NCBI GenBank assembly: GCA_907165135.1
Contig: OU015569.1
Location: 9,300,001 to 9,364,000, forward strand
Length of the DNA stretch: 64,000 bases
Direction of reading: 5' to 3'
From: Oikopleura dioica
Lineage: Eukaryota; Animalia; Chordata
Positions 1-12,500 of the stretch are shown in pieces. The position numbers were made by a program, and so were the translations under genes. Position 1 is the stretch's first letter; each line of letters begins with the position of its first letter. The notes beneath the pieces are model-generated. The model worked only from the letters and a program-made list of their open reading frames with translations. It was not told the DNA's origin and ran no database searches.

Positions 1-2799
1 TAACTGCGACTCGACGAAGATGAGAATATAGCACAGAATAGCGAACGGAAGTGCGATGCCAATTTCAACTCCGCGTATAGGATGATCGTCTGTTCCCATC
101 GGATTAATAAGCCAACCACCAAGTAGGTCACCTCCGTACTGGATACGCAGGTTTCGATCAGTCGGTACTAAAACAATGCTTATATTGGACTCGCGTATTA
201 ATTTGAACATACCGATTCCTTCCGAAAGCGCATCTGGGACCGTCAGCTTGGGAGTGTAAACGGTGCTCCCCAATTGCGCACAAGCGACTATAATGAGCGC
301 AATTGGCACACCGAAATCCCCAATTCTTCTCCTAATAGAAGATGATAGGAAGTTCGATCCTCGAAATGAACGAAGCAAAAACGCCAGTAGAAACGTTCCG
401 AACAATAAAAGTGTGTACATGAAAGCAGTATTCGGATAAAAACCATCAATGTTCTCACACGTAGAATTGTTTGCTGAAGGATCAGTTCGAATGAAGAATT
501 CTTCTAAGGTTTCCACAGGGTATTTTTTATAGGTCTATTAATTTATTAATTTTCTCATAAAGAAAACTACCTTTGCAAGCTTTTTGAATGATTCAACAAT
601 AAAAATTAGCGAAATTAGGATGGAGAATATTTCTTCAGTGAATCTTGTGAACAAACTGATAAAGAATGAACACTCGAATGCTGTGAATGACCATGTTATC
701 AGTAACATCCAAAAGCCGACCCACCATCTGAGGGCTAGAAAGTTGTACTCATTTGACTGGCAGAGGCTGTAAAGGGCTTCTTCGAAAACCACGTTAGGTC
801 CCGTTATACCAACAATAAGCAAGGGTTGTCCTAAAAAGATCGAGCAGAATAATCCACCTGCAGCAGAGCCGATGACTGTTTCAGATACCCCAAGAAAACT
901 GTCTGTCTTTTCTTCCAACAGACCTCCAAATGATACCGCCGGAGATAAGAGAGCAAAGTAGACAAATAACGCACTGATGAAGCAGTGTGAGTTAATTCCA
1001 TCCTTAATGTCTGAAAGGTAGAGCGGATATCTCCGTTTGATGTCATTGACCATCGCTCCCCAAAACTTCCCCGTTCGAAATAGCGGGTTCACAGTTTCTC
1101 CCTTCTCCTCAAGTTCTTTTTGGAATTCTACAATTCGTTTACGTTTGATCACTGCTGCTTGGTACTTTTCGATCGACTTCAGCAATCCTTTTTCCTCAAT
1201 TTGACCCGGAGGAAGAACGATTGAATCATCAAGAAACATCCGAATACTCTTCAAGAGATCTGTCTTTGATTCCGCCTCGTAAGCAGCATCGTGAAAGCTG
1301 GCATTAGACATAAGGGTAGAAATGGAACGCCCGACCTCGTGATAATCCATTTTGTCTTCTGGTCCAAGGAGAATGAAAACGAATCGAACAGGAATAGGTA
1401 AACTCAGAGCATCGCCGAGGTCGATGGCATGTCTGAGGCGGACGAATGCCATAACCGGATGCTGAAGAAATCCTACTTGTCCCACGAGAACAGATGTACT
1501 CTCGGCATTTGAAGCAATTTTCGACATGATTTTAGGAAGTTTTCTCGTGAATGTGGGTGAACGATCCTGATCTTCCTCAACTCTTTCTACTGCGTCGTAG
1601 AGATTGTCGTATAAATTTTTCGGCACGGGTAATTCATTATCATCTTCCTCGGGTTTAATAAGATCGGAGAAAATGTGGCTCCAGTCTTTGTAATTTTCCT
1701 TGATATGCTGCTTCGAGTGTTTGAGAAGAATGGCATTCATCACGGGAATAGAGTCAGATTGTCGGATCAGATCCTCATTCATCATCGCGTTGACAACTTT
1801 AGCGGCAATTTGTGGAAGAGATTTGGCATCAAGGTCCAGCAAGCAAACACCTTTTTCTATTCCCTTCCGAACCTCCCATAATGATTGGAAAGTCAAGCTC
1901 GCAATGAGAGGCTCTGACCAAACTTCATTTTCCTCGACATCCTCTTCAAACTTGATCCATCGGGCCTTTTCTTTCCATTGAAGCTCATTGTCTTTGCCAA
2001 CTACCAGCTCATCAAGTTCGACAAATACCTCATGATGGATAGGAGCGGGGACGACTTTCCCAACTTCGAAATCAACGCCGCTACTTCTTCTTGTGCTTGG
2101 GAGTGAGCTTACTGAAGGCAGAGGTCCGACCTTATTTAACTTAACAGTTCTATTGCGCGTTTTCGTGATAATATGCCGCCGGATCCCAGGGACGTCATCG
2201 AAGCGATGGGATTTAATGTCATCCCGATCGGCCTGCGTGAGAGATTCTCCAACTTCCTCGGATATCGTAGGAGGAATCGCTGGTTGAATTTGAATTCCAC
2301 GCGTGTCATCAATTTGGTCTCCAGTCTTTCGGTTGAGCCGGTGTTGCCGTGTTTTTGCTGATAAGGAAATAGATACATTAATAATAGTACAAAGTTACCT
2401 CCAGAATGTTTCTTAGAATGGCGCTTTCGTTTATCTTTTCGTTTTGTATTTATAACTGTGGTTGATCTATGGTTGTATCCGTCGATCTGACGATGATGCT
2501 GTCGATCCTCCTCGTCAGAATGATGCTGACCCAGTGCGGGTTCACTGCAGATGTTATAACAACCGTAAAATGCCCATTTTATGATCACGTCAGACCTGGG
2601 CGTGTACGCATAACCTAATTAACGGAAAAACAACTTTCGATCTAATTTAAACTGTCGCATTTATAACATTCCTGTAGTCGGCACGATCGTGCGAGACCGG
2701 CGGAGCTCCAAAGTCAGGCAGCGCAGGAGTCGTTCTTTCTTCATCAGGGCCATCCTCTTCTCCGAAAGAGAATACTGAGTTTCTGTCAGCTCGACTCAT
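1..2799 (-). CDS. SLC4 family anion exchanger (band 3/AE2-like), multi-exon, 3' end beyond the window edge
   Basis: ORF 538..1896 has the band 3 cytoplasmic domain (PVRFVFILLGP, DYHEVGRSISTLMS) and the start of the HCO3- transporter TM domain (DIKRRYPLYLSDIKDG, FTRFTEEIF). Probable ATG at 2799. Confidence 0.9.
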
Positions 2800-3556
2800 A
2801 GTCACGGAGGAAAACGTTTAGTAATGTTCTGCTCTTCGACACATAGTCTGTTGCGGATGGTCATAAATGTGGGACTTTATTCTAAGATATCGCGAACAAT
2901 AGACTTCTGATCAAAGCCTCTCAACCAAAGCGGTGACGACGGTAAGGGATTTGGGCGAGTTTAAGGAAGTTGCTGGGAAAAAAGTGCTTCAATTATGTTT
3001 CTCTAGCTTACTTCCGCTCGACTTTCTCTACATAAGGGAAAGAAATAGACGCTCAAAGTTACTGTTGATCACATCCCTGCCTTTTTGCGAAACTTCTTCC
3101 AAAATTGAAGAGCCTTTTCTCTAGTTAGCGGAATAGCGCCAGAAAACAAAAAGGTAAAACGATTAACGTTATGTGGCAATTCTTTATCGTTATTGACGTA
3201 GCGGCTGATTCCAAAGTAATGCAGCCTATCCGAGTGGGAAATTCACGATTATGCTGCTCTGATCACTCTCAGCAGCGCCTAACTGAGCAATAAAAAAGTG
3301 CGGATCAATTAAAAAGTACGAAAGAGATGGTATCTCCAGGCACACACAATATTTTGAGTACCTAAAAGTAAAATAAGTTCTTGATAGAACACCTACAGTT
3401 GCCCTACGGGCAAATGGTATGGATTGAAGTACGATTAGGCGAGAAAAAATATTATTGTAACGGAAAATTGAACAGCTGCATCTCTTTTTGTAGATAAAAA
3501 CAACCGATGCTCCGAAATGAGGCACAACGAAAAAGAGATACCAAGGACACGCACGA

Positions 3557-4595
3557 ATGGACAAAATGCAAAAATCAGCTTTTCAAACCTCTTCAAAAGT
3601 TCTTCTCAAAGAGCTCAAGGGCTTGATTACTAATCCCCTCGAAGGCTTCCATGTAAGGGAAGAATTCGTTTACTTTTTCTAGTTTGACGTTAAGATGATC
3701 AAATACGACGAGAAATTCCTGTACGAATGGGAAATTGGGGTATTCGGTCCTCCAAAAACACTTTACGAAGGAGGCTATTTTCCAGTGAAGATTGTATAAT
3801 AAATAATCTAAATCACTTATATTGATGATAAATTCAGCGATTCCCGAAAGACTACCCGTACAAACCCCCTATTGTACGATTCACTACCCCAATGTTTCAT
3901 CCAAATGTCTACGCCGACGGAGCCGTAAGAAACTTTTACAGAGAATAATAGACATGCACAGGATGTTTATAAATTATTAGGTCTGTATCTCTATCCTCCA
4001 TAGTCCTGTCAACGATCCGATGAGCGGAGAACTGGCTTCTGAGCGGTACTATTGCTTCAATAAAATCATTTTCATTCCCTTTTAGCTGGAGTCCTTCTCA
4101 GTCGGTACGCTCAGTTCTTTTATCAATAGTCTCTCTCTTGAACGAGCCGAATACTTCGAGTCCGGCCAATGTCGATGCTTCCGTTCTTTACGGACGGTAC
4201 AAGCGCTGCACTGAGAAGAAAAAAGCCGCCCACAAATATGCGGTTATCATTAAGCAACAAGTAAATAGCATTTACCCAAACACGATGATTCCAGTTTTTA
4301 GGTGGAAGAATCGCGGAAGCTTGCGATCGAAAAGGGAATCGAGCCTCCAGTGACAATAGACGACTACGTTTCGCAGCGACGAAGGTACAAATGAATCTAA
4401 TTATTTATTTAAAAGGGTAATTAAGCTCGAGCAGTAGTTCATGGAATCAGTCAATGCAGAGCTCTGTTGATGAAGATGATGAACCTGTGAGTACCCTCTC
4501 CCATAGCTCCAGCAACAGGGATCTTTATTCAGTTCTACAATGACGATGATAGCGAAGCCGACATCTCCATCCCCCTTGATACATCCATGAACTGA
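3557..4595 (+). CDS. CDC34: Ubiquitin-conjugating enzyme E2 R (CDC34/UBE2R family)
   Basis: Spliced translation gives [45 protein letters not shown] (catalytic Cys plus the CDC34-type acidic loop) and an acidic tail. Short GT-AG introns. Confidence 0.85.
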
Positions 4596-4698
4596 CGGCA
4601 AACTATGAAGCTCAAAGAATACGAATTGAGCTCAATTTTTTTTTGGAAATCTGATTTATTTATTGAAAAAATATTTTACATTATAAAAATAAAAGACA

Positions 4699-7130
4699 TT
4701 ATAAACGTTTTAACAGTGATTGGACAGTGTCAGTGCTGACTTTTGATATTATTTGGCTAGTTTTCTTTAGTATTTTCGCAGGATCGCCTTGGTAGCTTTC
4801 GGAAGGCTTGAGCCCGACGATTATCGACAGCGAGTTTAGGTCGGATTCAATTTGAAGAAGCATGTCATTTGAGCTTGCTAGATGAGTGTGAGAGTTCTTT
4901 CAAAAAATAAGAAAATTATTAACCTGATGAGCAAAAGATATCTCTAAGTTCACAGATAACTCTCGAATCTGCACCCTCGTTGACGAGTCTAGTCAGAACA
5001 GCTAGCTGTACATCCGCGAAAAAGAAAGTTCGGCTTCTTTCGAGCTTTCTTTCGATATTTTGAATTTCACTCCGGTGCCTCGTTATTTCACTAAACAAAG
5101 AATTAGGATTGAAGCAAGAGGTAGAGTAATTACTTCGATGTTTTTCTGCAAAGTTCGACGAGTTTGGAAATACTTTTTTCTTCGACTGAATAGTTGATTT
5201 AGTCCGAATAAACAAGATCCGTAAATCACCTGTGCTTTTGGCTTTTATCATGATTGTCCTCTGGATGGAAGTTAGAAACTTAACGTTCTGTTCTAGATGC
5301 CTGTTGAGTTCTTTCCATTTATTGCACATAGTATTAATGTTTTGAATTATTTCGTTGAGACGTTCGTTCAGCAGGCTTTCCGAGATATGTATCATTTTCA
5401 AAAACTTCGGTGATAAATTCTGCTCAATCAGTGAATTCAAAGATACCAAAGTTGACACACTAGACAGCGGAATCAAACGAAGTTGAGTAAGCTGGCTTAC
5501 CTGTCACCGATTATGTGCATCGTTGAGTTGTTGAGAGAGACTTTGCAGAATGAATCACTTGTAAACGAGAATGACTTCTCTTGTGAATGCTCTAGGTAGG
5601 TCAAGTGCTGAGGTTTTTCAACGAAAAGAGTGACTTCGGAGAATCCAGGCGACACTTCTGAAAGAGAACTCTTTGCACAGATGAGATCAAGGGGCAGCGC
5701 ACAAAGCTTTGAGACTGTTGATGAGACTTCAGTTCCTGCGTGAATGTAACTAGCTGTTGCTATCAGCCCGGGACTGAGGAAAGGTGTATAGTTGAGCGTG
5801 AGTTTACCAAAATACACTTGCACGGTGCCCTCAAAGAAAACTTCATCTTCCAGATTATCAGTATAAATTTCAACACTTCCTAGGTTCGGGTCCACAGGAA
5901 CGACGTCAACGCAAATTGAATGAATATTGCCTGGCAAGCTGATTTGAAAGGAAAGTTGAATTTCGCCACTCCGCTGCCCAGGAGACGGAACCATCTCCAT
6001 CCGCGCCTTGGGAGGCTCGTGGCTTGTTTTCGGCGCTTCAGAATCATCAAGACATCTTTCAATTTTACCGATTTCACGGTCAAGCTCTTCGCGAGTCATT
6101 CGATTTTCGGATTTGACTTTGCTGTTACCGATTTTCAATTGCGAGCCTATAATCATTGTTCTGATCGCCCAAGTCTTCGTTAAAAAGAGAGCATTCCAGA
6201 TTCAGACCTTGAAATGGAAATAACATCACAATTAACGCAGGTCGACCAAACTTTCCGTCTTCCCAAATAAATCATGATTTGTTGCTCTTCGGTGCTGTAT
6301 ATCTGTACAAGACCTTTTCGTGTTTCATAAATGTTCATGGCAGTAATTCGTACTCCTTCTTTACTCACACTTCGGATTAATGCTCCATCTGCACCGTTGA
6401 TAACAGAGACTTTGCTCGTCCCCAGCGCAAAAACAAGTGACGCGTGTTTCGTGTCGATTGTAACCACCTCTAAGATGTTTTCGATTCCAAAGTAAATCCA
6501 ATCCATCGAAGGAGCTACTTTACGCCCCAGTTCATCGGATGTCATGGCAAGCTGGTTCTGATCGTAGCTGCAAAGGGTCATCGCTTCTCCCTGTACAACA
6601 ATTTTATCCATACTTTCAATGAAGATCAACGAGCTAGGCATGTTCGCGGAAGAAACTTGAACAGTGTAAAGAACACGCTCGCCCCGAGAAACGAGAAGTT
6701 TCCCACTTAGAGTCATCGCGAATGTATGAAGATGGTTAGGACGTTCGGCGAGCTTCCAGCTAAATGAATACAGATCTTCCTTTGTGTGCAGCTCAAAGAT
6801 CGTTTTTACGTCGTATTCATTACTTTCTTTATTCCTTGGCAAGAGAACGTTGATGAGACTTATCATATTTGGACAAAGCATGATGCAATGCTCTTCAAAC
6901 TCTCGCTCGTCAGTCCATTCCAGTTGAACGATCGGTTGGCTGACTTTTTTTGAGTATAAAAGTGGTTGGAAGCCTTCGACATTTGGAGTGAGCGTTCGCT
7001 GATAAAGGTTGAGTCCTCCTCCATAGTCACCAGTCAGCAGAAGGTCCGCACGCAACTCACACAAACTTCTGGTATCTGCAGCACTCTCTAGCTGGAAGAC
7101 TTGAAGCTCTCGTGAATCATATAACGCCAT
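4699..7130 (-). CDS. BBS9: Divergent BBS9/PTHB1 BBSome subunit; apparent 1-nt frameshift near 6182
   Basis: N-terminus MALYDSREL...LLLTGDYGGGLNLYQ resembles the BBS9 beta-propeller. ORFs 6180..7130, 5497..6156 and 4919..5476 are collinear. Confidence 0.65.
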
Positions 7131-7492
7131 TTTTCATATTTCTAAAAATTCCAGTCGATGGCAAAGCGCGTCTCTGGCTCATGAATTATTTTACTCAATT
7201 CAAGCGTTTGTCAATATGAAAGGGAAAAATGGTTCGTTGTTAGTTGAATGTTAGATGAACTAGAATGGAACGTATGATAAGAAAATGAGGGTCTTGTCAA
7301 GATCCCACAAGTATCGGAAAAGTTGGAATCAAGAACGCAAAGATTCTCCATTGAAGATGAAGGTAATATAAATATTTAATTGAATACAAATGGCTCTTTT
7401 GATGGCTTGTAAACGAGAAATAAAAAACACAAGAATATTGTATTTGAGAACGTATTTACAAAAACAACGGGAAAGAGGAAGGGTTAAAAGTG

Positions 7493-8182
7493 TTAGACGA
7501 ATTTCAAGTATCTTTCATCTGTTGTTGGTTTTGATTTTCTTGGTGGCAATGGCGGGGGAGAAGATGTTGTTGAAGTTGGATGAGGTCGTGGAGGAAGCTG
7601 AACACAGAGAGTCTTTGATGAGGGCGCTGACTGTTGACTACTAAATCGTTGTAAATTTAGGTCGTGAAGTTTCGAGGCCTGAAGGATATCGATACACTCG
7701 AAGAGAAAGAGACGACGTTCTGGAAGAGACCCAAAAGTAGAAGATGACCTTGATACATAGCACCATAAATTGGGAATGCAAATGTCTTTCGCGGCTACAG
7801 AAACATTTGCGAGCGGGTGGTCAAATACTCTTGTGATATCTCTTCCATCGTTGGCATTTACTATTATCCTATCCGAAGAGAGCTAAAAATAAGCAAGTGA
7901 AAGGTGTCCTGTTTAACAGTAACTTACGTGAAGGTCGCAAATGTGTTGGTGCCATTTGCTCATCGGGGATCTCCCGACATATGGATGAATAACCGAAGTC
8001 TCTGTTTCACTGTGACTGAGCCAAAAGTTCGATCTGCTGTATCTTTGCAGTATTCTGTTGATCGCAAAGCCAATAATATCTGTTCTGAGCGGCTTTGGAA
8101 TGTTATACAAACTTCGAATAATTTCAACTGAACCGAGATACTTGATGCCTCGGAATGTTGATGTATGTCCGGATGAAGCCAT
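7493..8182 (-). CDS. Small PTB/PID-domain protein (SHC-like PTB) with proline-rich tail
   Basis: IKYLGSVEIIRSL...LRTDIIGFAINRI resembles the SHC PTB start. One GT-AG intron near 7883-7926. Tail PPPLPPRK. Confidence 0.6.
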
Positions 8183-8303
8183 TCGATTTGTAGTTGCATC
8201 CGAGTCCGATCTAAGTATGCAATTTTAAAGTCATTTTAAGTATCAAATGATTAGTTTATCCGTGTACAAGCAATTCGAGGAAAACTGTCAAGTTAAAATC
8301 AAA

Positions 8304-9366
8304 TTAGCCAAGTGCTGCTGCGGCTGCTTTTCGCGCTTCGGCAGCTTTTCTTCGCATTTCTTCCAGTCTATCTTTTTCTTCCTGCGCTTTTCTCCTTTCA
8401 TAGGTTTCTTTCAGAAGCTTGGCATGCTCTCTGAACGCAGCATAATCGGCAGCAGCCATATCGTTTTTGACAACCTTTGAAGCGTTAATACTTTCGCCAT
8501 TTTTTAGATTCTCTTTTACCTCAACACCGAGTTTGCGCGCTTCATCAATAATCATAGGAATAATATCTCTCTCGCTTAAATCTCTGGCGATATTCCATTC
8601 AGAGGTTGCGTGGTATTTCGCTATTTCGTATGCTTGCTTCAAGGTAATTCTTCCCATGATTTCTTCTTTGGCGTGCGAGGGCTCTGATAAACCGGCTGCC
8701 TAAAATGTCGTGAATATTGACGTAAATCAAGTGCTATTTAGGTTTTATCAAAAGTTTTTGAATCACACTCAATATGCGGATACAGAAGGCCACCCCCTAT
8801 TTCGTACCTGAAGAATATTAAAAGCAAGCGTCGGCCCAATAATTGTAGTGGTCCACTTTGAATGGCTTTTAACATCTTTTCATTAGAAAATTTATAAGTT
8901 TAAAGAAATATCATCACTGAAAATATATGCACAAACGCACGATCGAGTAGAATCTATTTATTCGTTCAACGCAGTAAGTGTAAATATTTGTTAAACGATA
9001 CAATAAAAAAGTCCTCTATTTAGATAATTATAAAGCCGAGACTTTCCTGCTCCTTCGAATTCAACTTTACAATTCAATGGAACACCAGATTTTATATGAG
9101 AAGATACTTTATTGAAATCGTCGTTAAATTTATTTAGCGGAATGCCTTTCGCGCCGAGAATAGGTCCAAGTGGAGGGCCTCCAGTGCTTTGCTGTGCATG
9201 AATTTCACTAAATTCGATGTAAACACGAGACAAGTCTTTGTGATTCGTACCAGAATATTGTTTTCTGAGATGAATTACTAGCAAGCCACGGGTTAAATTT
9301 TCCAACACGCTTGTGATCGAATAGCAATTGGCCGGCCTTGCCTTTTTTAACAAGAGTAAACCGCAT
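8304..9366 (-). CDS. MRPL11: Mitochondrial ribosomal protein L11
   Basis: GPPLGPILGAKGIPLNKFNDDFN...GVPL and GRITLKQAYEIAK motifs of uL11. Small internal exon near 8808-8855. Confidence 0.85.
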
Positions 9367-9542
9367 TTCCTCGTCTAATGTAAATATATACAGTTAATGT
9401 CCCTTGATGAGGCAGTTTTATAGATAAATAATGATAAATGACAAGAATGATAAAAGTTTTTTGAATAAGCAGCGACGAGAACTTTTTCATTCAAAATTAT
9501 CTAAGGCAGCATCACAGTGGCCCGCTTGAGGTCTTTGTTGTT

Positions 9543-12500
9543 CTAAGCTTCGGCGATTTGAAGAAGTTGGCAGTGGACACCTGTGGACATGAGATACTTG
9601 AGCCACAGTTTCTGTCCGTAGGAAAGAGTGTCGTTTGGCGCTTTGACTTCGCAGAAAAGATATCGCCCTTCTTCACCTGTTGAAGACCATGCAATAAGGT
9701 CAGGCATTCCAGATCGATAGGACGAATCTTTCAAAAGACGCCGGATTATGTTGCTCAAAGCCTCTCCACCGAGACACTTGCAAAGTGCTTCTAGCCGAGC
9801 GACAGAGAATCTGTCTGGGTGGTGTCCGACTCCTTATGGAAATTTAGTTCCAAAAAATTGATTGCTTTACCTATAATGGGTCTTGATGAAGGGACGGTTT
9901 CGTAGAGCTCAATGACCTCCTTTAATACACCTTCGAATTTTTCCTCGAGATCTTCGAGTCGTTTTTCTGAAAATATAAGTGAACTTTGATAACTCAGAAT
10001 GGTTTATTACCAATTTGCACTTGTCGATTTTGATAAAAGTCAGGGGAATAGAAATCCAAAGGGCCCTCTTGATACTTAGAAATAAATACGCCTGGAACAT
10101 TGGCGTAAATTATGTCGTGGAATAAAAGAGAGAAGATCGTCGAGAAGAGGCTGCCCTCGGCGTGCTCCCCTGAGTCGAGGTTATGAGAATGCTTTATCAT
10201 CCTCAGACCGAGATGTTCGACGCTAAATTTTGTTATAAAAAGCTATTACAGTGGCGTTTGCGGTTTCCTCCCTGTTTGAGCGTCCCTCGTTGCCTCCCTA
10301 TCCAGACGCTCTTTTTCTAGGGGTTTCCTTACATGGTACAAATCCTTACATGGTACATTTCCTTACATGGTACAAAATCCTTACATGGTACAAAAATCAA
10401 ATTGTACCATGTAAGGAATTGTACCAGGTAAGGAAATGTACCATGTAAGGATTTTTGTACCATATAAGGAAATTCAAAATTAAAAAATTTTAAAAAACAG
10501 AAATCGACACATTCAGCCAAAACATAATTCTATCTTACCCCCCTATTGACCATATTTTTTACTTCAAAAAATATTTTTTTTATTACATTTTCGTCTTTGT
10601 TCTCAATTTTTAGAGACATTTATAAGTTGTCGGGTCAAGTGTCGGTGCCGATTACCCTTTTTCAAGGTCGGGACGGGTCGGCCTTTCGGATATGAAACTT
10701 AGGTTTTATAAAATTCCCTTTTTTAAGTATGGATGATTTTAACCGCAATCGGCCAAAATGTCCATTTTGAACATGAAGCACCTTCCGGCGCCTGTTACTC
10801 CCTGCAATCATGGTCAGATCGTTACGAGGCCCCGTCGTTATGGGCCTCAAATTCGATGGGTTTTCTGGTGGTGACCAAGGTCTCGAAATCCGGGTGCTTT
10901 CGCTGTGGCGGGAACGTGGTAGCGCGCGCACTGCCGCGGCGGGAGCGGAGGAGAAAAAATGCCGCACAAACGCGCCCGAGGCAGATTTTCTCACTTTCAG
11001 CTTTTAGCGGGCGGGCGCCCAAACATGCAATTAGGGCGCGATTCGATTCAGGTCCGTCTGCAGAAATTTTTAGAGTAACGACTCTTAAAAAAAATGTCCA
11101 AAATGGACATGGCGATTTAGAAACAATTTTTTCGAAGTTTTTCGATAAATAATTCAAGAAGTGGGGTGCAAATTTATCGTTCTAACGCACATGCGATGTA
11201 TGAGACTCTATAATTCTAACGCGAACTATTTTGATTGTAAAATTTTCATAATTGGTGCGCAATCAAAAACCGACCGAAAATCGGACCCGACCGACCACGG
11301 ATTTTGCCAATTTTTGTAAGGGCTACATTTTAAAATATCGACTTACCATCGACCAACCGACTAAAACGAGTGTCGAAGAGTCCAATTTTGAAAATATAAT
11401 GAAAATAAAATTTTTGAAAAAAAAATTTATGCTTGATTGGGGGTCGAGTAGAATATTGTTTTGAGTAAATGTGTCAATTTTTGTTTTTGAAAACTTTTAT
11501 TTCGAATTTCCTTACATGGTACAAAAATCCTTACATAGTACAAATTCCTTACATGGTACAATTGTATTTTTGTACCATGTAAGGAAATGTACCATGTAAG
11601 GATCTGTACCATGTAAGGATCTGTACCATGTAAGGAAACCCCCTTTTTCTAGAAGAGCGCATAAAATTAAACCAAAAATTGTCCCGCGTTGCCTCCCTCT
11701 CTAGACGCGTTTGGATAGGGAGGAAACCGCAAACGCGGCGTTTGAAACGCCACTGTACATAGATTTCTTACGTTTCGACAAATTGATTGCCGTCAATCGT
11801 CGTTATCCATTTTTTTGAGTGTTCCTTCACTCCTGATTTTGAAGAGAGGCGCACAGCTTCTCCTTTCGCGACCTTCCAACCTGGAGCAGCGAATTATATA
11901 GACAAAGGAAATAAAATCAACAAAACCTTCTAGTTGAATCCCTCCAAGTGCACCCTTATGAAGGAACTTTTCCATTCGAACCTCGAGTTCTGCTTTATTC
12001 ACTTCATTCAGGGATGTATCCTTCAACGCTATCTCCAAGACCTCGGTTATCTGATCTGGCTTTGCGTTCACATGCTGCAGATTCAAGATGAGTCTTATCC
12101 ATAGCTTTCCACGTCGATGGTTGAATTTATCGGGAAAGAAGCAATTACCCGATAGTATTTGCTTGATAGCATCGGCGGCTTCCTGAAATTTCTTACGTTT
12201 CTCAAGAATCTCAACTCGAAAGTATGAGATCTTGGCGAAGACACCGGTTGTAGTAAGACGGAAGTGATAATGAGGAAGAGCAACGTGAGCTTCGTGCCTA
12301 TTCATCGGTATTATTATTGGTATTGACTTATAACTACATACACTTCCTTGAAGTTCGAGCAAAACTGCGAAAATCGTTTTTTGGCGATATCACACTGTTC
12401 CTCCGCGCCGCTCCAGTCTTTCAGAGCCATTGCATTTTGTACCGATATTTTCAGTTTCAATGCACATAGCAAGAAGTTCCCGTCCTTGAATGACTGAATC

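Noticed and set aside
10320-10470. CCTTACATGGTACA tandem repeats as a CRISPR-like array
   Set aside because: No unique spacers, eukaryotic context, and the repeats are mirrored at the other end as part of transposon TIRs.
10662-11464. ORFs inside the FAN1-intron element as a transposase
   Set aside because: Short overlapping ORFs in GC-rich sequence with no DDE or DNA-binding motifs.
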